NCBI GenBank assembly: GCA_963740315.1
Contig: CAVUDP010000002.1
Location: forward strand, 2,272,001-2,336,000
Direction of reading: 5' to 3'
Length of the DNA: 64,000 nt
Origin: an uncultured cyanobacterium
Lineage (GTDB): Bacteria > Cyanobacteriota > Cyanobacteriia > Cyanobacteriales > Nostocaceae
The notes under the pieces are model-generated. The model did no database searches. It saw only the letters and a program-made list of their open reading frames with translations, and was not told where the DNA came from. Positions 60,234 to 64,000 of the stretch are shown one piece after another (positions within the stretch are counted from its first letter, which is position 1; the number at the start of each line of letters is the position of its first letter). The position numbers and the translations under genes were made by a program.

Positions 60234-60800
60234 TTACCGTAAATAAAACCGAAAATATCCAAACAAATAAACCACATTCACCGATATCATTAAACCTCTA
60301 ACCCAATAAGAACGAAATGCTGGAAATAAATAAATCGTTGAAGCTAAAACTAGGGAGATTTCCACAAAAGCCACTATTGCCCCATAATGGTTAACATCCC
60401 AATAAGAAAAAGGGCTAATAAAACGGTAATTGCTAAAAGGAAAAAAGTGACGGTGAGCGTCATCGTTGTGAACTGGTAAATCCAACAAAGAATGCATCAC
60501 CATACTAATAAACCCAATTTCAACAACCTTCCATTTTGCAAAATGACAAATTAAAACCCCTATCAAAGCTAGGGGTATCGAGTGAAATATGCTCACAATA
60601 TTTTGCCAAAAAGGTTGAAAATATATTTCACCCCAAATTTGACTGCTCGGATAACGGTAAACAAATTTCATTAAAAAGTAAAATATAAAAATTGGTATAT
60701 CTGGTAAAACCGCACCAATAAAAATTGCCAAACTAGCTTTAGCTCTGAGTTTTTCACTGAAAGCAACTAAATTGAGAATCGCGTGAGATGGAGTATTCAT
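60234..60800 (-). CDS. Membrane-bound metal-dependent hydrolase-like protein
   Basis: MNTPSH, GAVLPD, FHSIP, HSLLDLP.HNDDAHRHFFP motifs plus TM helices. Confidence 0.75.
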   Translation of the reverse strand: MNTPSHAILNLVAFSEKLRAKASLAIFIGAVLPDIPIFIFYFLMKFVYRYPSSQIWGEIYFQPFWQNIVSIFHSIPLALIGVLICHFAKWKVVEIGFISMVMHSLLDLPVHNDDAHRHFFPFSNYRFISPFSYWDVNHYGAIVAFVEISLVLASTIYLFPAFRSYWVRGLMISVNVVYLFGYFRFYLR

Positions 60801-61110
60801 TATTTAATTTGGGAATGGGGCATCAGGAATAAATAGTTAAGGGTGAGGAGTTAGGAGTTAGGAGTGAAGAAAGCAGAGCAAGCGGAGGAAGCAATTTAAA
60901 ATTAGTTTTTTCTTTCCCTGCCTTAAGAGCCTACTCTGCTCTTTTCTTCTCCCCATCTCCCCATCTCCCCCTCTCCCCTTTCTCCTTTCTCTTTCCTGTC
61001 TCCCTCAATATAGCCTTTAACGCTAAAGCGCTACTACGAACCTTTTTTCTAATAGATTATGGGTTCAATAAAAGTTGGTTTGTTGAAAGAAAGTTACCAA
61101 AAATATCTAA

Positions 61111-61188
61111 TTAGTACAATAAATTAGCTATTACCCATAACCCAACAAGTGATGAAAAAGCACCCAGCCAAAGCATCCAAGGTTGCAT
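61111..61188 (-). CDS. Putative 25-aa single-TM microprotein (not in the ORF track)
   Basis: MQPWMLWLGAFSSLVGLWVIANLLY; AAGGAG 10 nt upstream of the ATG. Confidence 0.5.
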   Translation of the reverse strand: MQPWMLWLGAFSSLVGLWVIANLLY

Positions 61189-61478
61189 AGATATTTATCT
61201 CCTTAAATTTGTATATATTAGTTATCTAAATATATTTTAAAAGGTTCACTTATCTAATTAGCTCTATCTTTAGGTCAGAACAAGCGTACCAATTGATATA
61301 TAGCTATAGATATATTTTTATTAAAATTCCCAGCATAGCTTGTAGGGTGTGTTATGGCGCGATATTTAATTCAGATTGTAACAAAATATATGTTTTTCGT
61401 ACCTAACGCACCGTTGTATTTTTAGTACGCGATCGCAGCATAGTTTTAGAAACGATCGCAAAGGCATATAAGATAAAC

Positions 61479-61793
61479 TTCTTGCATCGTGTGGTTAATG
61501 GTGGTGGAACCCTCGATAGCGAATATGCAATTGGTCGCGATCGCATGGATTTATGTTTAAGATATGGAAGCGTTGTTTTAGGAATAGAATTAAAAGTATG
61601 GCGTGATAAAAAACGCGATCCCCAAGCCGAAGGAATCGAGCAATTAGAATCCTATTTGGCACGCTTGGGATTAAATGAAGGTTGGTTATTTGTGTTCGAT
61701 CGACGTAAAAATGCAGCACCAATTGAAGAACGTTTATCAACGGAAATTGTTACTACAGAAAATCAGCGTTTTGTTACTGTTGTAAGGGCTTAA
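61479..61793 (+). pseudogene. C-terminal PD-(D/E)XK fragment of an AAA-ATPase/nuclease protein
   Basis: FLHRVVNGGG...EYAIGRDRMDL...IELKVWR...QLESYL; no proper start and no ATPase part. Confidence 0.7.
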
Positions 61794-62050
61794 AGGTAAA
61801 AGGGTTTTGTCCAATTCCCAACAGATAAGCATCGACTACACAGACAAACTTAGAGTTTTAATTGGCTTGCAAATTTGCAAAGGGTAATGTTGGGAAGATT
61901 ACAATATATTTGCCTAATCAAGTAAATACATAAAATCTTTAAGTTGCTCCTACACAATGGTTTATAACTTTTATAGCAAGTCTAAGGAACTTATAATACA
62001 TAATTATTATCAGTCTATTTAGTTACTTTAAACTTTCCGTTATATTACTT

Positions 62051-62761
62051 ATGCCTAAGAAGCCTGTTGTCATTGGAGAATTATTATTTAGTACAAAGAA
62101 AGAAGCAACCTCGTATTTTACTAAAATTTTGAACAAATATCCTTTGGCTACTGCTATACATGGAAAAGAGTTTGATGATGTAATAGCACTTCTTTTATGT
62201 CATCCGCGAGCAAGTGAGAAAATAGGTTCGGGAATCAAATCTATAAAAGTTGACCAAGGTTTCAACCGTTCAAATAGATGTTTTCATGTAGTGCGAGTAG
62301 ATGATTCTGTGGAAGATTTTAGTATTGCCAAGTGTATTGATGGAGATCATTCTCCATTTTACAAATTTTGTATTGCTTGTCGAAAGTCTGTAGAAACAGA
62401 GTTGAGAGCGAGAAAAGAAAAGTACTTTAAAGAGGAAGGTGACAAAGAAAGTAAGGTAGTTTGTCCTATTACTAAAGAGAAGATTACGTTTGAGGAGTCT
62501 CATCTCGATCACCGAGAGCCATTCACATTTTCAGTGATTGTCCACTTCTTCATTCAAGCAAATGGCATCGATCTAAATAGCGTTGAGTACGTTACAGAGT
62601 GCAAATATGGCAATGAATTAAAAAATCATGAAATAGCTGACAAGTTTCGGGATTGGCATCGTGAAAATGCAATACTGAGAATCGTCAAAGGTAAGGCAAA
62701 TTTAGCAAAATCATACTTAGGGCGTGTTTCAATTACAAAAGCAGATTTGACGCTAAATTAA
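62051..62761 (+). CDS. DCL (DUF3223)-family protein with an HNH-like C-terminal region
   Basis: LLLCHPRASEKIGSGI...RCFHVVRVDDSVEDFSIAKCI; CPIT...HLDHREP. Confidence 0.75.
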   Translation: MPKKPVVIGELLFSTKKEATSYFTKILNKYPLATAIHGKEFDDVIALLLCHPRASEKIGSGIKSIKVDQGFNRSNRCFHVVRVDDSVEDFSIAKCIDGDHSPFYKFCIACRKSVETELRARKEKYFKEEGDKESKVVCPITKEKITFEESHLDHREPFTFSVIVHFFIQANGIDLNSVEYVTECKYGNELKNHEIADKFRDWHRENAILRIVKGKANLAKSYLGRVSITKADLTLN

Positions 62762-62772
62762 GTTAGCAGTTA

Positions 62773-62933
62773 GTAGGTTGGGTTAGACACGACAACCAAT
62801 TTGACTTTTAACTATAATCTTTTTTATTGTGTCGCAACCCAACATTTTATTTGTTTGTTGATTTGGGTTACGGCGCTATATAAATTTCAGTACTGAGAAT
62901 TATTATTACAAATGCGCCGTGAAGCCAACCTAC
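62773..62933. mobile_element. REPIN/MITE-like element, third copy
   Basis: GTAGGTTGGGTTAGACAC...CCAACCTAC with the same four-arm layout. Confidence 0.7.
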
Positions 62934-63016
62934 TGTCTGATAATTAATAATTGATAATTAATTTACACCCGCACCTCACTACGAGTGATAATTGAACATT
63001 GATAATTAATAACTGA

Positions 63017-64000
63017 ATGCCTACTCTAACAACCCTACCTGCTTTACCAGAAACTATTGACGGTTTACCAAATATTTCTGGTAGTGAAAAACAGGTTCTA
63101 GAAGTCGTAAACCAAAATTCACCCGTTTTCCTACCTACAACGAATCTCCGCTTGCAAGATATCACTGCTACTTTCGCTGTAGCGCTACACATGCACCAAC
63201 CGACAATTCCCGCTGGTGCAAATGGCGAATATATCAGTCATCTGCAATATATGTTTGAACACCAAGGTGAAGGTGACAATCATAATGCGGGACCTTTTGC
63301 TAATTGTTATAGCCGCATGGGTGATATTATTCCCGAATTAGTAAATCAAGGTTGCAATCCTCGCGTGATGTTGGATTACTCCGGGAATCTTCTATGGGGA
63401 TTTCAACAGATGGGGCGCACAGATATCTTAGATAATCTCAAACGCATCACCTGCGATTCTACATATCAACCTTATGTGGAGTGGTTGGGTACGATGTGGG
63501 GTCATGCTGTGGTTCCTTCTACGCCGATACCGGATATAAAATTACACATCCAGGCATGGCAGCATTATTTTGCTGCAATTTTCGGTTGGGATGCACTAGC
63601 GCGAGTCAAAGGTTTTTCACCTCCGGAAATGCACCTCCCTAACCATCCCGATACTTTATATGAATATGTCAAAGCTTTGAAAGAATGCGGTTATCGTTGG
63701 TTAATGGTGCAAGAGCATTCAGTACAAACACTTAACGGTGAAGAATTAAAGAATAAACATACACCACATAAACTTGTAGCGCGAAATTCTCAAGGTGAAA
63801 CCGTAAGTATTACCGCTTTGATTAAAACTCAGGGTTCGGATACTAAATTAGTTGCTCAAATGCAGCCTTATTATGAAGCGAAATCTTTAAGCTCGCAAGG
63901 TAATGAGGGTTTTCCACCGATAGTTACTCAAATCGGTGACGGTGAAAACGGTGGTGTAATGATGAACGAATTTCCCCCCGGATACAAGCAAGCTTGGCAC
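63017..64000 (+). CDS. Glycoside hydrolase family 57 protein, 3' end runs off the window
   Basis: Manual translation: MPTLTTLPALPETIDGLPNISG...ALHMHQP...MLDYSGNLLWG...GFSPPEM...QIGDGENGGVMMNEF. Confidence 0.85.
   Translation, partial: MPTLTTLPALPETIDGLPNISGSEKQVLEVVNQNSPVFLPTTNLRLQDITATFAVALHMHQPTIPAGANGEYISHLQYMFEHQGEGDNHNAGPFANCYSRMGDIIPELVNQGCNPRVMLDYSGNLLWGFQQMGRTDILDNLKRITCDSTYQPYVEWLGTMWGHAVVPSTPIPDIKLHIQAWQHYFAAIFGWDALARVKGFSPPEMHLPNHPDTLYEYVKALKECGYRWLMVQEHSVQTLNGEELKNKHTPHKLVARNSQGETVSITALIKTQGSDTKLVAQMQPYYEAKSLSSQGNEGFPPIVTQIGDGENGGVMMNEFPPGYKQAWH

Overview
This is a chromosomal window from a filamentous, probably heterocystous (Nostocales, Rivulariaceae-like) cyanobacterium, judged from the abundant HIP1 GCGATCGC sites, STRR heptamer/octamer tracts, rpaA, XisI and Uma2. 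In order it holds: (1) housekeeping genes (partial phosphoketolase, rimM, avtA, frmA, dppC-like permease, hetI-like PPTase, rpaA); (2) a complex nested repeat field at 12.6-13.6 kb; (3) a five-gene signalling module at 15.1-18.9 kb (DUF4388/PATAN, MglA/CvnD-type small GTPase, Roadblock/MglB, V4R, stand-alone protoglobin), my best candidate for an undescribed system; (4) a Wzx/Wzy exopolysaccharide cluster preceded by a canonical NtcA-type promoter; (5) an FkbM methyltransferase between two copies of a decayed ~0.5 kb duplication; (6) a Na+/H+ antiporter, a GH31, Uma2 and an orphan XisI; (7) a trehalose/glycogen cluster (treS-mak, glgX, treZ, treY, malQ) next to three AvaK/YsnF-like paralogs; (8) an SDR, a methyltransferase, two small membrane-protein ORFs missed by the ORF track, a DCL/DUF3223 protein and a partial GH57. 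I found no rRNA, tRNA, CRISPR array or intact transposase. All family assignments come from motif recognition by eye, not from database searches.
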